Positions 19,519 to 29,588 of a stretch of DNA of 64,000 nucleotides are shown in pieces (within the stretch, counting starts at the first letter, position 1; the number at the start of each line of letters is the position of its first letter). The notes under the pieces were generated by a model, which made no database searches, was not told the DNA's origin, and worked only from the letters and a program-made list of their open reading frames with translations. The stretch is from Candidatus Kaiserbacteria bacterium (lineage in GTDB: Bacteria > Patescibacteriota > Minisyncoccia > Phycocordibacterales > UBA918). Location: the NCBI GenBank assembly GCA_016204695.1, contig JACQKD010000009.1, positions 11,710 through 75,709 on the forward strand, in the 5' to 3' direction. A program made the position numbers and the translations under genes.

Positions 19519-20619
19519 ATGCACATTGAAGTCGATCGAGAGAAACTTCTGCAACAACTCGAACTTGCCTCGCGCATCAGCACCAGACACCAAACATTGC
19601 CGGTGCTCCAATGCGCACTCTTTGATGTGTCCGACAGCACCCTCGTTCTCCGCGCGACCAACCTCGAACTCGGGTTCGAGGCACGCCTGCCAGTCGAAAC
19701 AAAAGAGAGTGGCGTGCTCGCGGTACCCGCCGCTCTTTTGGCGCAAACCATCGGGCTTCTCTATGACCGGGTGGTGACATTAAAATCGGAGGGCGAGATG
19801 TTGGTGGTAGAGACTTCGAAGTCGCATACCACCATAAAGACGCTTCCACACGACGAGTTTCCGGTCATTCCCCAACTTACCGGCGCCGTCCAAAAACTTT
19901 CAGGCAGTTTGTTCGTGCTTGGTATTCGCACGGCCGCATTCGCCACATCCCAGTCCTCCATCAAGCCGGAACTCGGCTCAATTCTCGTCCATCAACAAAA
20001 AGAGCGGACACTGACTTTTGTTGCGACGGATTCGTTTCGTCTTGTGGAGAAACTCGTGCCGCAACAGTCGATTTCTCTCGAACAGTCGCTTCTGGTGCCC
20101 CAAAAGAACGCGCTCGAGATTGCACGTATTACCGAGGTGGTCGGGGAAGACCCCGAGATGGTGGTTTCGGAAAACCAACTTGCGTTGCGGTTCCCAAGTG
20201 GTGTGTATGTGACAACGCGGCTCACTGAAGCGTCGTTTCCCGACTATCAGCAGATCATTCCAAAGGAATTTGCCACCACAGTGACGGTGCTTCGGGGGGA
20301 TCTGATCCACGCTCTTAAAAAAACCAACATTTTCGCGAACACCTTCCTGCAGGTGAAGGTGGGTATTGATCCCAAGAAGAAAACCATTACCTTTTCTTCC
20401 GACAGCGGCGATCTTGGTAAGACGGAGGAGACCGTCTCCGCGACCATCGAAGGAGAAGCTTTTTCTTTAAGCTTCAATCAACGATATCTGCATGATCCAC
20501 TCGGCTCGTTTGCCGACGACAGTATTGTGCTGAAGTTTGCGGGTGTCGGTCGGCCAATGGTGATGGAGGGGGTATCCGAAAAATCTTTGCGTTACCTCGT
20601 AATGCCGATGAATCGTTAG
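19519..20619 (+). CDS. dnaN: DNA polymerase III beta sliding clamp
   Basis: 366 aa with a three-domain clamp-like sequence. Canonical position after dnaA. Confidence 0.9.
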   Translation: MHIEVDREKLLQQLELASRISTRHQTLPVLQCALFDVSDSTLVLRATNLELGFEARLPVETKESGVLAVPAALLAQTIGLLYDRVVTLKSEGEMLVVETSKSHTTIKTLPHDEFPVIPQLTGAVQKLSGSLFVLGIRTAAFATSQSSIKPELGSILVHQQKERTLTFVATDSFRLVEKLVPQQSISLEQSLLVPQKNALEIARITEVVGEDPEMVVSENQLALRFPSGVYVTTRLTEASFPDYQQIIPKEFATTVTVLRGDLIHALKKTNIFANTFLQVKVGIDPKKKTITFSSDSGDLGKTEETVSATIEGEAFSLSFNQRYLHDPLGSFADDSIVLKFAGVGRPMVMEGVSEKSLRYLVMPMNR

Positions 20620-20629
20620 TTTCGGATGT

Positions 20630-20938
20630 ATGGTGCGGCATGGCCGGCAGGGTAAAAAACATGACGGACCGGTAAGGATAGGTTCTTTGTTTGAAAAGTA
20701 CCGGACGCGCCTGCGTCCTCCGCAGGGTGTTGTTGTTACGGCATTTTGCGCCGTGATCGAAAATGAGCTTGGGATACGGCTCCCTACTTCGTCCGTACGA
20801 TACAATGTTTATAACCGTACGATTGGCGTCACCGCGGGCGGTCCGCAGAAGACCGAAATCATCCTCAATCAAAAACACATCCTCGACCTCTGCCGTGAGA
20901 CTCTCGGCGACCTTGGATCACCGCAACAGATCGTCTAA
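20630..20938 (+). CDS. DUF721/DciA-like small protein
   Basis: 102 aa directly after dnaN. The C-terminal segment VRYNVYNRTIGVTAGGPQKTEIILNQKHILDLCRETLG resembles the DUF721 family. Assignment from memory only. Confidence 0.4.
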   Translation: MVRHGRQGKKHDGPVRIGSLFEKYRTRLRPPQGVVVTAFCAVIENELGIRLPTSSVRYNVYNRTIGVTAGGPQKTEIILNQKHILDLCRETLGDLGSPQQIV

Positions 20939-20948
20939 TATGAAATGA

Positions 20949-21557
20949 TTGAATATGGGCAGACTTGAAAAACTACGAGAGAAGATCGGCGTACTCTATG
21001 AGCGGAAAGACCCCAATCGTGCGGACTGGGCCGACTGGCTTTATGCGCACCATATATTTGTCGTTGCCGACAACGCCACGCGGCTTGCTCGCCGTTTTGG
21101 AGCGAATCCGGAGCTTGCGACAGCCGCCGGTATGCTCCACGACATCGCCGATGCGGAAATGAAGCGGGACAATCCTCATCATGAAGAGAGGAGTCTCGAA
21201 ATTGCGCGAGCACTGCTCGCGGAAGTCGGTTTTACTCCGGAGGAAATTGCAGTAGTGGTTGATGACGCAATCAAACATCATGGATGTCATGGTGGTAAAG
21301 CCCCGACGACGCTCGAAGGCAAGGTGATGGCGGCCGCCGACGCGCTTGCGCACCTGACGCGAGAATTCTACGATCACGCGGTTGAGACATTTCGGGACCA
21401 GAAGGAATCGGTGGAAGATATCCGCCGGTGGGTCTTCTCCAAACTTGAACGGGATTTCAACAACAAGCTCTGCTTCGAGGAATTACAGAAGGAAATGCGT
21501 CCCGGTTACGAACAGCTTAAGGAATTTTATACAAGTCAACTTAGCGGCATCACATAA
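20949..21557 (+). CDS. HD-domain metal-dependent phosphohydrolase
   Basis: HH...HD motif: HHIFVVADNATRLA...AGMLHDIAD. Confidence 0.6.
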   Translation: MNMGRLEKLREKIGVLYERKDPNRADWADWLYAHHIFVVADNATRLARRFGANPELATAAGMLHDIADAEMKRDNPHHEERSLEIARALLAEVGFTPEEIAVVVDDAIKHHGCHGGKAPTTLEGKVMAAADALAHLTREFYDHAVETFRDQKESVEDIRRWVFSKLERDFNNKLCFEELQKEMRPGYEQLKEFYTSQLSGIT

Positions 21558-21558
21558 T

Positions 21559-22212
21559 ATGTCTATAAAACTCGGAACGCTTCTTTTTGAACCTATAGAG
21601 GGGCATGCAGAACTTCTGGTCGCAGCAGTTGCCTTGGCGATCAAGAATCTGCCGGGGGTCGAGGATGTAGGGGTGGCGGCGATTGATCCGTCACTTTCCG
21701 ACACGGTCGCGTTCTGCGAGCACTATCAGTTGCCTTCCGAGCAGGCGGCAAACTGTGTGATCGTTGAAGGTGAGAAGCGAACATTTGGAGCTTCGAACGA
21801 CCTTGCGAGTTCTTTTGAGAGCGAAGCGAATCAAAAGAGCCGCAAGGTGTACGGCGCCTGTAAGGCGAGGCGCGGGGAAGAAAGAACGATGGCGGCCTGC
21901 GTCATACTCGCGAGTACTCGCGCCGACGTCAATGGTGTCGTGCGGCGGCAGATTGACGCAAAGAAGGTCTCGTTTGCACAGATGGAAAAAGCGGTCGAGG
22001 AGAGTGGTATGGAGTACGGGGCGATCACGCCAATCGGCCTTCCGGCCGATTGGCGCATCCTTGTGGACAAAGCGGTCGCGGATTTGGATTATGTCGTCAT
22101 CGGGAGCGGTGTTCGCGGCTCGAAGCTCGCCGTCCCCGGCTCGCTTCTTGCGTCACTTCCGAACGTGTCGGTGATAGAGGGACTGGCGAAACCGCGTACC
22201 GAAAATACATGA
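21559..22212 (+). CDS. YbaK/ProX-like aminoacyl-tRNA deacylase domain protein
   Basis: Internal start MSIKLGTL (the track ORF began inside the upstream gene). GAITPIGLP...VIGSGVRGSKL resembles the YbaK deacylase fold. Inference. Confidence 0.4.
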   Translation: MSIKLGTLLFEPIEGHAELLVAAVALAIKNLPGVEDVGVAAIDPSLSDTVAFCEHYQLPSEQAANCVIVEGEKRTFGASNDLASSFESEANQKSRKVYGACKARRGEERTMAACVILASTRADVNGVVRRQIDAKKVSFAQMEKAVEESGMEYGAITPIGLPADWRILVDKAVADLDYVVIGSGVRGSKLAVPGSLLASLPNVSVIEGLAKPRTENT

Positions 22213-22739
22213 GCATGTTTGACGGGATCTATCTGGTGGCGATTACCGTAGGGCTGTGCGCGACCTATGCCGCACTTCTCCTCTTCCTGCCATTCTTTTT
22301 CAACAAAGTGCGCAGACGTATCCCGATGCGGACGATTATCGTTTCAATCACATCGATTATTCTTCTAAGTGTTGCGGGTTACGCCGTGGCGTTGAGCATC
22401 TCCGATCTCCAATTGGGCAATCGCGTACTGCACGGCTTTGGCGGCGGGTTTATGGCCTTCTTTGCCTGTTTTCTTGCCGCACGAGACAGCGGTGTATCGG
22501 TCGGCAGGACGCGTTTTTTCATCATGGCCGCGCTCATTGTCACCGCGCTCGGTGTCCTGAATGAACTGGCGGAGCTGTTTCTGGAACGCTGTTGCGACCT
22601 TCCCCTGCCGGAGACGCTTGACGACACATGGCTTGATCTTTTGAGTAATACGGTCGGCCTTCTGTTTGCGGCTCTTTGCTTCGTGCCGTTTTTCGGCGCC
22701 GGCTCCACGGAAGTGCGAGTCACGTCCTCTGTGCGCTAG
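22209..22739 (+). CDS. integral membrane protein (4-5 helices), function unknown
   Basis: Start MSMFDGIYLVAITVGL has an ATGA overlap with the upstream stop. Hydrophobic throughout. Confidence 0.4.
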   Translation: MSMFDGIYLVAITVGLCATYAALLLFLPFFFNKVRRRIPMRTIIVSITSIILLSVAGYAVALSISDLQLGNRVLHGFGGGFMAFFACFLAARDSGVSVGRTRFFIMAALIVTALGVLNELAELFLERCCDLPLPETLDDTWLDLLSNTVGLLFAALCFVPFFGAGSTEVRVTSSVR

Positions 22740-24997
22740 TTGTTTTCTTCGTCGCGATTTCTGCGTCTTCGCCTGTTGTCATCCGGATCGGTGTCGTCGG
22801 TCGTAGAGGCAGTATCGTTGCTCTGTAGTTTTGTGGCGGCGCCTATGAGCGCGTTTCTCCATCCGGCGATCGGCCATTCCCAGAGATTAAACTGCGGGTC
22901 GCGGCCGGGACTGGCAGGATATGGGCCGCGAGGGTTGTCCTTGTCGACGTAGTAGAGAATCGTGTGAACCGAAGAGATCGCCGTCCCGAGCTGGCTTTCT
23001 TCGCCGCTCGTGCCGTCGGTCGGGGGGGCGGGCGTCGTATCGAGCCAGACGCCCCGCAGGATCGGTTTCACGTCGGGGGGCGTGGCCGCCGGTTCGGCGA
23101 ACGATTCTTTCGGACGTTTCTCGAGCGCGAAGTCCATGAACTCGCGCCACATTGGCGTCACAATAAGACCGGAGATTTTCTTTTCCATGGAGCGGTTGTC
23201 GTTGTTGCCCGCCCAGCAACCGACCGCGATGTTCGGCGTATAGCCGATGACCCACGCATCGCGGTAGTCGTTGGTTGTACCGGTCTTTGCCGCGACGTCG
23301 GTGCCGCCGAAATACAGTTGTGAATTAGAGCCGTAGAGCGGCGTGCGGGCGGCGTTGTCGGAAAGTATCGAAGAGATCTGGAGCGCGACATTGCGGTCGA
23401 GCACTTCTTCTTCCTTCGGTTTGGTCTCCTCAAGAACGTTTCCTTTGGGGTCCTCGATCCGCAGGATGGGGGTCTTTTCCACTTTTTTCCCTTCATGAGC
23501 GAACACGCCGTACGCGCCGACCATATCGACGAGCTGTACCTCGCCGCCGCCGAGGACGAGCGTGAGTCCGTATCGGTCGCGGTTCGCAAGACCGGTGATG
23601 CCCATGTCACGCGCGAGCTTGATCGAGTTGTCGATTCCGGCGAGATACAGTGTTTTTACGGCCGGAATATTGATTGATTGCGCGAGCGCATTGCGGAGTG
23701 AGATCGGGCCGCGGAATTGGCCGTCGTAGTTGACCGGCGAATAGCAACCGCCCTCGCTCGTCATATTGTCGGGCGAGCAGGCGGTGGAAAATTGCGTTTT
23801 GAGGTCAAAGAGTACTGTTTCGGGCGTGTACCCCTTTTCGAATGCGGCGGCGTAGACAAAGGGCTTGAATGAAGAGCCCGGCTGGCGGTCGGCTACCGCG
23901 ATATTGAAATTGCCGTCAATAGTCTCGTCGAAATAGTCGCGCGAGCCGACCATGACGAGGATCTCGCCGGTCTTCGGGTCGGTCGCGACCATGGCGGCGT
24001 TTTCCGCGTTAAATGTCTTCTCGTTTTGGAGCGCGTATTTTTTCACTATCTCCTCGGCTTTTTCTTGGAGCTGTGCGTCAAGCGTGGTGACTACCCGGAA
24101 ACCCCGTTCGGCCAGCGACTCCTCGCCGTATTTTTTCGCGAGGTATTCCCGCACATAAAAGACGAAATGTGGCGCGCGAATGCCGCTGGTCGCCTGCGGC
24201 AGAAATTCGACTTTCTCCGACTTCGCCTGCTCGTATTCCTCCTTGGTGATGAAGTTGTTCTTCAACATTTGTGAGAGAACCAGATCTTTCCGGCTTTCAA
24301 GTTCGGCGCGGTGGTTGCCGTAGGGGGAGTAGTAGGTGGGAGCCTGCGGCAGTGCGGCGATATATGCGGCCTCCGCGAGCGTCACGTCGGAGACCGGCTT
24401 GCCGAAAAACGACTGGCTCGCCTCTTCGACGCCGTAGAGCGTGCCGCCGTATGGGGACTCGTTGAGATAGTGGGAGAGTATCTCCTCTTTCGAGAGCTGG
24501 TGCTCAAGCTTCATTGCGAGTACCGCCTCTTTTACCTTGCGAGTGAGTGTTTTCTCCTGCTTCAGCAGGGCGTTTTTGACCACCTGCTGTGTGATCGTCG
24601 ACCCGCCCTGGCCGCCGAGGAGGTCGCCGCCCTGGATGTTGGCGAGTGCGGCGCGGATGATGGAAAGCGGACGGATGCCGGCATGCTCGAAGAATGTGTC
24701 GTCTTCGATGGCGACGGTCGCGTTGATCACATGGCGGGAAATATTTTCGTAGGGTACGATTGTGCGCCGAACATCCGCGTGGAGGTCGTAGAGGAGGATT
24801 TCTCCAGTGCGGTCGTAGATTTTTGTCGATTGGAGCACCCGGCGCTGTTCAAATGCCTGCAGATCGGGAATTTCGAGGGTGGAAACCCATAGAAGGAGCG
24901 ATCCGCCGACCACAAGCGCAAAAACGCCGATACCGACGACGATATCGAGCAGTACCCGCTTATAATGTCTCCCAACGAAGGTCTTGAACCGTTTCAT
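22736..24997 (-). CDS. class A penicillin-binding protein (PBP1A-type transglycosylase/transpeptidase)
   Basis: N-terminal TM. Transglycosylase motifs EDDTFFEHAGI and GGSTITQQ. Transpeptidase SxxK (GSSFKP) and KTGTT. Confidence 0.85.
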   Translation of the reverse strand: MKRFKTFVGRHYKRVLLDIVVGIGVFALVVGGSLLLWVSTLEIPDLQAFEQRRVLQSTKIYDRTGEILLYDLHADVRRTIVPYENISRHVINATVAIEDDTFFEHAGIRPLSIIRAALANIQGGDLLGGQGGSTITQQVVKNALLKQEKTLTRKVKEAVLAMKLEHQLSKEEILSHYLNESPYGGTLYGVEEASQSFFGKPVSDVTLAEAAYIAALPQAPTYYSPYGNHRAELESRKDLVLSQMLKNNFITKEEYEQAKSEKVEFLPQATSGIRAPHFVFYVREYLAKKYGEESLAERGFRVVTTLDAQLQEKAEEIVKKYALQNEKTFNAENAAMVATDPKTGEILVMVGSRDYFDETIDGNFNIAVADRQPGSSFKPFVYAAAFEKGYTPETVLFDLKTQFSTACSPDNMTSEGGCYSPVNYDGQFRGPISLRNALAQSINIPAVKTLYLAGIDNSIKLARDMGITGLANRDRYGLTLVLGGGEVQLVDMVGAYGVFAHEGKKVEKTPILRIEDPKGNVLEETKPKEEEVLDRNVALQISSILSDNAARTPLYGSNSQLYFGGTDVAAKTGTTNDYRDAWVIGYTPNIAVGCWAGNNDNRSMEKKISGLIVTPMWREFMDFALEKRPKESFAEPAATPPDVKPILRGVWLDTTPAPPTDGTSGEESQLGTAISSVHTILYYVDKDNPRGPYPASPGRDPQFNLWEWPIAGWRNALIGAATKLQSNDTASTTDDTDPDDNRRRRRNRDEENN

Positions 24998-25131
24998 GAT
25001 TAAGAACCTATCCCAAAATAAACTTCAACGCAAAGCCGTATTCCAGACAGGAAGAGTCAATCTGATACTAGCATACACTACGACGGTACGCCGCCGCCCG
25101 TTCCGCGCCTTAATTTCTTGTGATAGAGTGA

Positions 25132-26337
25132 GTGGCACACTCGATGATGAACGTATCTACTGACGCACAAAAAATAGAAGCATTACTTTCTCGCGGTGTC
25201 GTTGAGATCATCCACGAGGAGTCGTTGCGTAAAAAACTTCAGAGCGGCACGCAATTGCGCATCAAGCTCGGTATCGACCCCACCAGCCCCAACCTCCACA
25301 TCGGCCGGGCCATTCCCCTCCTGAAACTCCGCGACTTCCAGGAGCTCGGGCACCAGATCGTGCTCATTGTCGGCGACTTCACCGCCGTGATCGGTGACAC
25401 CTCCGACAAAGACAGCGAGCGGCCGATGCTCGCGCGCGACGTGATCGAGGAAAACAAAAAAGCGTATCTCGATCAAGCGGGGAAGCTCCTCGATCTCGAC
25501 AAGATTGAATTCCGGTACAACTCCGAGTGGCTCGGACCGCTTGATTACAACCAAATCGGCGAACATGCCGATCAATTCTCCGTTGCCGACTTCATCGCGC
25601 GCGACAATATCAAGCGCCGTCTCGACGCCGGCAAGCGCGTGTCGCTCCGTGAGGTGCTCTACCCGCTCATGCAAGGGTACGACAGCGTCGCAATAAAGGC
25701 CGACGTCGAGCTTGGCGGCACCGACCAGCGCTTCAATCTCCTTGCCGGACGGGTATTGCAGGAGCATTTCGGACAGGAGGCGCAAAATATCATCATTGGC
25801 CCGCTTATCAACGGTCTCGACGGACGAAAGATGAGCTCGAGTTGGGGCAACACGATCAACCTTACCGCCGAGCCGGCGGACATGTACGGCAAAGTAATGA
25901 GCATGCAGGATGGCGAAATACTCACCTACTTCGAGCTGTGTACGCGCGTGCCGATGAGCAGAATTGACGATATGAGAGATTTACTTAATGGAGCGGAAAT
26001 TTCCCCTAGGGATGCAAAGATGGAGCTTGCAAAAGAGATCGTGACACTCTATCACGGCGCGGATGCGGCGGGAAAGGCAGAGGAGGCGTTTGTTGAGACA
26101 TTTCAAAAACGCAACCCGTTCTTGGTAGAAGAAGTTGTACGGAGAGAGGGTGAGACGTATGCTGACGCACTCGTACGGACCGAGATTGTTAGTTCAAAAA
26201 GCGAGCTCTCGCGGCTACTTGATGCAGGTGCCGTATCGGATACAAGTACCGGAGAGAAATACGACACCTTGCCGGATACACCGGGTGCGACGCTAAAGAT
26301 CGGCAAACGGCGGTTTGTGAGATTTGGCGATTCCTGA
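25132..26337 (+). CDS. tyrS: tyrosine--tRNA ligase
   Basis: HIGH-like PTSPNLHIGRAIPL, IVGDFTAVIGDTS and KMSKS-like KMSSS. C-terminal S4-like domain. Confidence 0.75.
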   Translation: MAHSMMNVSTDAQKIEALLSRGVVEIIHEESLRKKLQSGTQLRIKLGIDPTSPNLHIGRAIPLLKLRDFQELGHQIVLIVGDFTAVIGDTSDKDSERPMLARDVIEENKKAYLDQAGKLLDLDKIEFRYNSEWLGPLDYNQIGEHADQFSVADFIARDNIKRRLDAGKRVSLREVLYPLMQGYDSVAIKADVELGGTDQRFNLLAGRVLQEHFGQEAQNIIIGPLINGLDGRKMSSSWGNTINLTAEPADMYGKVMSMQDGEILTYFELCTRVPMSRIDDMRDLLNGAEISPRDAKMELAKEIVTLYHGADAAGKAEEAFVETFQKRNPFLVEEVVRREGETYADALVRTEIVSSKSELSRLLDAGAVSDTSTGEKYDTLPDTPGATLKIGKRRFVRFGDS

Positions 26338-26408
26338 AGCCGGGGTAGGGAAATACAAACAAAGACCCCCGCGGCCGAAGGCCGCGGGGGTCTTTGTTTC
26401 AGACAATC

Positions 26409-26627
26409 TCAATAATCATCACGATCATCGAACGACGAGATGTAGCTCTCGTCATCGTCATCCTCTTCGAGCGGGTCAGTCCCGTCATCGCCGTCGAAGT
26501 CGTCGTCAAAATCTCCGAGTGCGCCTCCCGAGAACTCATCTTCTTTCTCATCGTCGTTTGGTATCGAATTATGTACGAAATACGTCATAGTGCCGCATAT
26601 GAATTTTATACTCGTCTTTTCTACCAA
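26409..26627 (-). CDS. small highly acidic protein (Asp/Glu-rich), questionable
   Basis: Lies downstream of ruvC on the same strand. Its stop abuts the long terminator hairpin at 26357..26400. Low-complexity DDDFDGDDGTDPLEEDDDDE. Confidence 0.25.
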   Translation of the reverse strand: MVEKTSIKFICGTMTYFVHNSIPNDDEKEDEFSGGALGDFDDDFDGDDGTDPLEEDDDDESYISSFDDRDDY

Positions 26628-26727
26628 AGTGTTCCCGTTTCTGCAAATGCCCGTTCCCGCCGTCTGTGTGGATAACCCGATGTGCTATACGAAACGAGCG
26701 AGCCGGCGATTTCTGTCTCCGCCTCGT

Positions 26728-27216
26728 CTACCGGACGGACGCAATCGCGGTCATGCCGACCGCTATTGCGTCATACTCATCATCAAGCGCCTTTTTAGGC
26801 ACGTCCGGCAGAAGCCGCTTGACCATATCCATGACTTGCCGCTTGTCGCTTTTGCCCCAGCCGGTGACTGCGATCTTTATCTCCTGCGGTGAGTATTCGA
26901 GCGCGGTACAGCCGTGTTTTTGTGCAAGATAGAGGAGCATACCGCGCGTCTCGGCAACCGCGATCGCGGTTTTCTGGTTCTTATTGAAAAACAACGTTTC
27001 AAGCGCAACGTAGTCGGGCTCGAATTTTTTCAAAAGGACGACAAACTCGTTTCCGATCGCAAGCAGACGGTCGGCAAGCTCCTGTGTGCGGTCGGTCGTG
27101 ATACACGCGGAATAGACCAGTGCATCTTTTCCGCCCGTTTTCTCAAGCACCGCTACGCCGAGGCGGTCATATCCCGGGTCACATGCAAGTACGCGCATGC
27201 AGAGAGCATACCACAA
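26728..27216 (-). CDS. ruvC: crossover junction endodeoxyribonuclease RuvC
   Basis: MRVLACDPGYDRLGVAVLE N-terminus with catalytic Asp. The conserved yebC-ruvC pair is present. Confidence 0.8.
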   Translation of the reverse strand: MWYALCMRVLACDPGYDRLGVAVLEKTGGKDALVYSACITTDRTQELADRLLAIGNEFVVLLKKFEPDYVALETLFFNKNQKTAIAVAETRGMLLYLAQKHGCTALEYSPQEIKIAVTGWGKSDKRQVMDMVKRLLPDVPKKALDDEYDAIAVGMTAIASVR

Positions 27217-27435
27217 GGTATTTTCGACGCCGCTCAGCCGCTTCCAGCGGTGGCCTCGCTTGTCCTCGGGCTCGAATTTTGCTTCGCAAAAACCCAGCTT
27301 CTCGTCTTACAGACGCGATACACCTTGCCGATACTTTTCTTCGCTTCGCTCGAAAAGGTATCTGGCAAGGTCTTGCGAAGCTCCAAGTATTCGCTTCTCA
27401 CCCTGCGGCCGTATCGAAAATACCTTGTGGTATGT

Positions 27436-27981
27436 TCAGACTTCCTCCGGTGTGTCAGCCGCAGTATATATATCTTGAACGTCGTCATTCTCTTCGAGCT
27501 GTTCGACGAGCGAGGCGAGCTTCTCCCCATCGTCGTCCGAGAGCGTCATGGGGGTGGTGGGGATGTAGTCGGCGCCGACTTTCGTGAATGCCCATGCGGC
27601 CGAGCCCGGTGCGCCGAGCGCATAGCCGAGCTTTGAAAGCGTCTGTTTCACCTGTCCGCTCGTGCGGTTGTTGTTGTCGGTGAGTGCAGTGATGAGGAGC
27701 GCCGTGCCTCCCGGTCCGTACGCTTCATAGAGCACTTCCTGCATAGTACCCGCGTCTCCGCCTTTGCCTTTCTGCACCGCGCGGTCGATATTATCTTTCG
27801 GCATCGAATCTTTCTTTGCGCGCTCAATCGCGGCGATAAGGCCCGGCGCCGCGAGGTCGCCCTTCGCTTTCTGCGATTCGACCGCAATGAAGCGTGCATG
27901 CTTTCCGAAGATTTTGCTCTTCTTCGCATCCGTCGCCTCCTTCTTGTGCTTCACCTTCGACCATTTGTTATGTCCGGACAT
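27436..27981 (-). CDS. YebC/PmpR family DNA-binding transcriptional regulator
   Basis: Start MSGHNKWSKVKHKK (internal ATG chosen over the track TTG start at 28053). Confidence 0.8.
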   Translation of the reverse strand: MSGHNKWSKVKHKKEATDAKKSKIFGKHARFIAVESQKAKGDLAAPGLIAAIERAKKDSMPKDNIDRAVQKGKGGDAGTMQEVLYEAYGPGGTALLITALTDNNNRTSGQVKQTLSKLGYALGAPGSAAWAFTKVGADYIPTTPMTLSDDDGEKLASLVEQLEENDDVQDIYTAADTPEEV

Positions 27982-28094
27982 GTTGAGAATGAGTGTAGTG
28001 CACTCGCACATACTTCGCAAGACATCGGTAAAACAACCGAGGTCTCCACGCAAGGTGGAGACCTGAAAGTCGGCGAGGGTGGTTCTGTAGCGTC

Positions 28095-28781
28095 TCAGGT
28101 ACCCTGGCCGAGTTCTTTATTTATTGGCCTGCCCCAGGCACAGGGGCCGGTTAAGGCGCATTGTGAAGCGGTCCACTCGCGGATCCCTTGGTTCACAAGC
28201 GCAAAAAATTTAGGAACACCTAGGAATGTTGTCGGGAGAAGAATCGCTCCTCTGCGATTCCAAATTACCCCTACGCCGACGATTGTACATCCCAGACCCT
28301 CGAGCAGTCTGACAACCTTCAATATCGATCCGCCGGTGTTTAAGACACCGTCCACAACTAGTACTCGTCTTCCGGCGAGTAGCCGTGCGTCGCGATGCCT
28401 AAACGCAAACCCTCCGGTCTCCGCGTAACACCGCCTACCGCGACCTTCCGGGTCGGGGATCCTCACGGTTTCTTTACGGGCGGTTACCTCGACCACCTTC
28501 GTGCTACTTGAAAACGAAAGGTGGGAAGCGATTACATGCCCCGTAATGATCCCTGCTGTTTCGGGAGCCACTACGGCCTCCACATCATCTGTGAGAAAGC
28601 GTTGGGCAATTTCATCGTAGAGGAGGGAGGTCTCCTCTACGAGTGTGTGCAGAGTACGGACGTCAATATAGGTTTCGCCATGTCTTTCCTCCCCGTGCTC
28701 TTTGTTGGTGTATACAAAATGGCTGCCTGTGACGATTGCTCCGGTTTGTTCCAATATGGCGATAACGCCTTCTGTCTTCAT
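28095..28781 (-). CDS. phosphoribosyltransferase-family protein (PyrE-like)
   Basis: PRPP-binding loop VLVVDGVLNTGGS. The C-terminal ~40 aa look non-native, so the true stop/start may differ. Confidence 0.45.
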   Translation of the reverse strand: MKTEGVIAILEQTGAIVTGSHFVYTNKEHGEERHGETYIDVRTLHTLVEETSLLYDEIAQRFLTDDVEAVVAPETAGIITGHVIASHLSFSSSTKVVEVTARKETVRIPDPEGRGRRCYAETGGFAFRHRDARLLAGRRVLVVDGVLNTGGSILKVVRLLEGLGCTIVGVGVIWNRRGAILLPTTFLGVPKFFALVNQGIREWTASQCALTGPCAWGRPINKELGQGT

Positions 28782-28892
28782 TGCCTCTCCTCATGTCAAG
28801 TAGACGTGTGCTGGGCCGCCAGACCGACAAGAATCTCCCGCTTCTGAGACTCTAGAGTATGGGAAGGAGTCGGAAAAGCAAGTAAAAGGTAG

Positions 28893-29588
28893 TCAGTTAG
28901 GCACCGAATACTTCAGATGGAGATATGAGTGGTCGAGTTTGATGACCGATTCGAGCTTCAGTGGTCTGATTTTGAATAGTTCTTCAGGGGTATGGAGTGA
29001 TTCGCCGTCCATAAGTGTCGAAGTATCTTTGCCGCCGATCATGAGGGGCGCGATGACAATCGAGATGTAGTCGACCAATCCTCCTCGTATAAATTCGGCA
29101 TTGAGCGTTCCGCCGGATTGGATCGTTAGTTTGTCCACGCCGAAGTTTTCTTTCAGTTTCGAGAATAAGTCTTGGAAATCGATGTCCCTTTCATATGAGA
29201 GTATCTCTACGTTACCCGGACCATCTTTCAGTGCATACGCTGGATGTTCGACGTTTGTAGTCACGAGAATCAATTGCTTCGCTTTCTGCGCAAGATAACG
29301 AACGCCGTTCTCGTTCAGGTGGGGTTTGTTGTCAATGACGATGAATGTCACCGGCAGTTTTTTTGGAACGTCAATCCTTTCGTTAAAGCCGATTTTTGCG
29401 AACACGCGGCCGGAGTTTAGGGAAAACAAGTCGGTCTGTTGTTCAAGGTTGTAATATTGATGCAATCCCTCTTTTGCTCCGGTGATTTTCGGCAGATCCG
29501 AGTCAACGTCCATCACATCCGTATCGCCGGTGGATATTTTCCCGTCGACGGACATCAGCATAAAAAGAGTAGTAACAGGTCTGTTCAT
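28893..29588 (-). CDS. dihydrofolate-reductase-like / RibD C-terminal domain reductase
   Basis: TLFMLMSVDGKIS...IVIAPLMIGG, typical of the RibD_C/DHFR fold. Confidence 0.55.
   Translation of the reverse strand: MNRPVTTLFMLMSVDGKISTGDTDVMDVDSDLPKITGAKEGLHQYYNLEQQTDLFSLNSGRVFAKIGFNERIDVPKKLPVTFIVIDNKPHLNENGVRYLAQKAKQLILVTTNVEHPAYALKDGPGNVEILSYERDIDFQDLFSKLKENFGVDKLTIQSGGTLNAEFIRGGLVDYISIVIAPLMIGGKDTSTLMDGESLHTPEELFKIRPLKLESVIKLDHSYLHLKYSVPN

Noticed and set aside
28030-28056. Hairpin gaggtctccac-gcaa-gtggagacct, considered as a possible structured ncRNA or attachment site
   Set aside because: It is most simply the terminator of the minus-strand phosphoribosyltransferase gene (followed on that strand by GTTGTTTTAC). 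No further conserved RNA motifs nearby.
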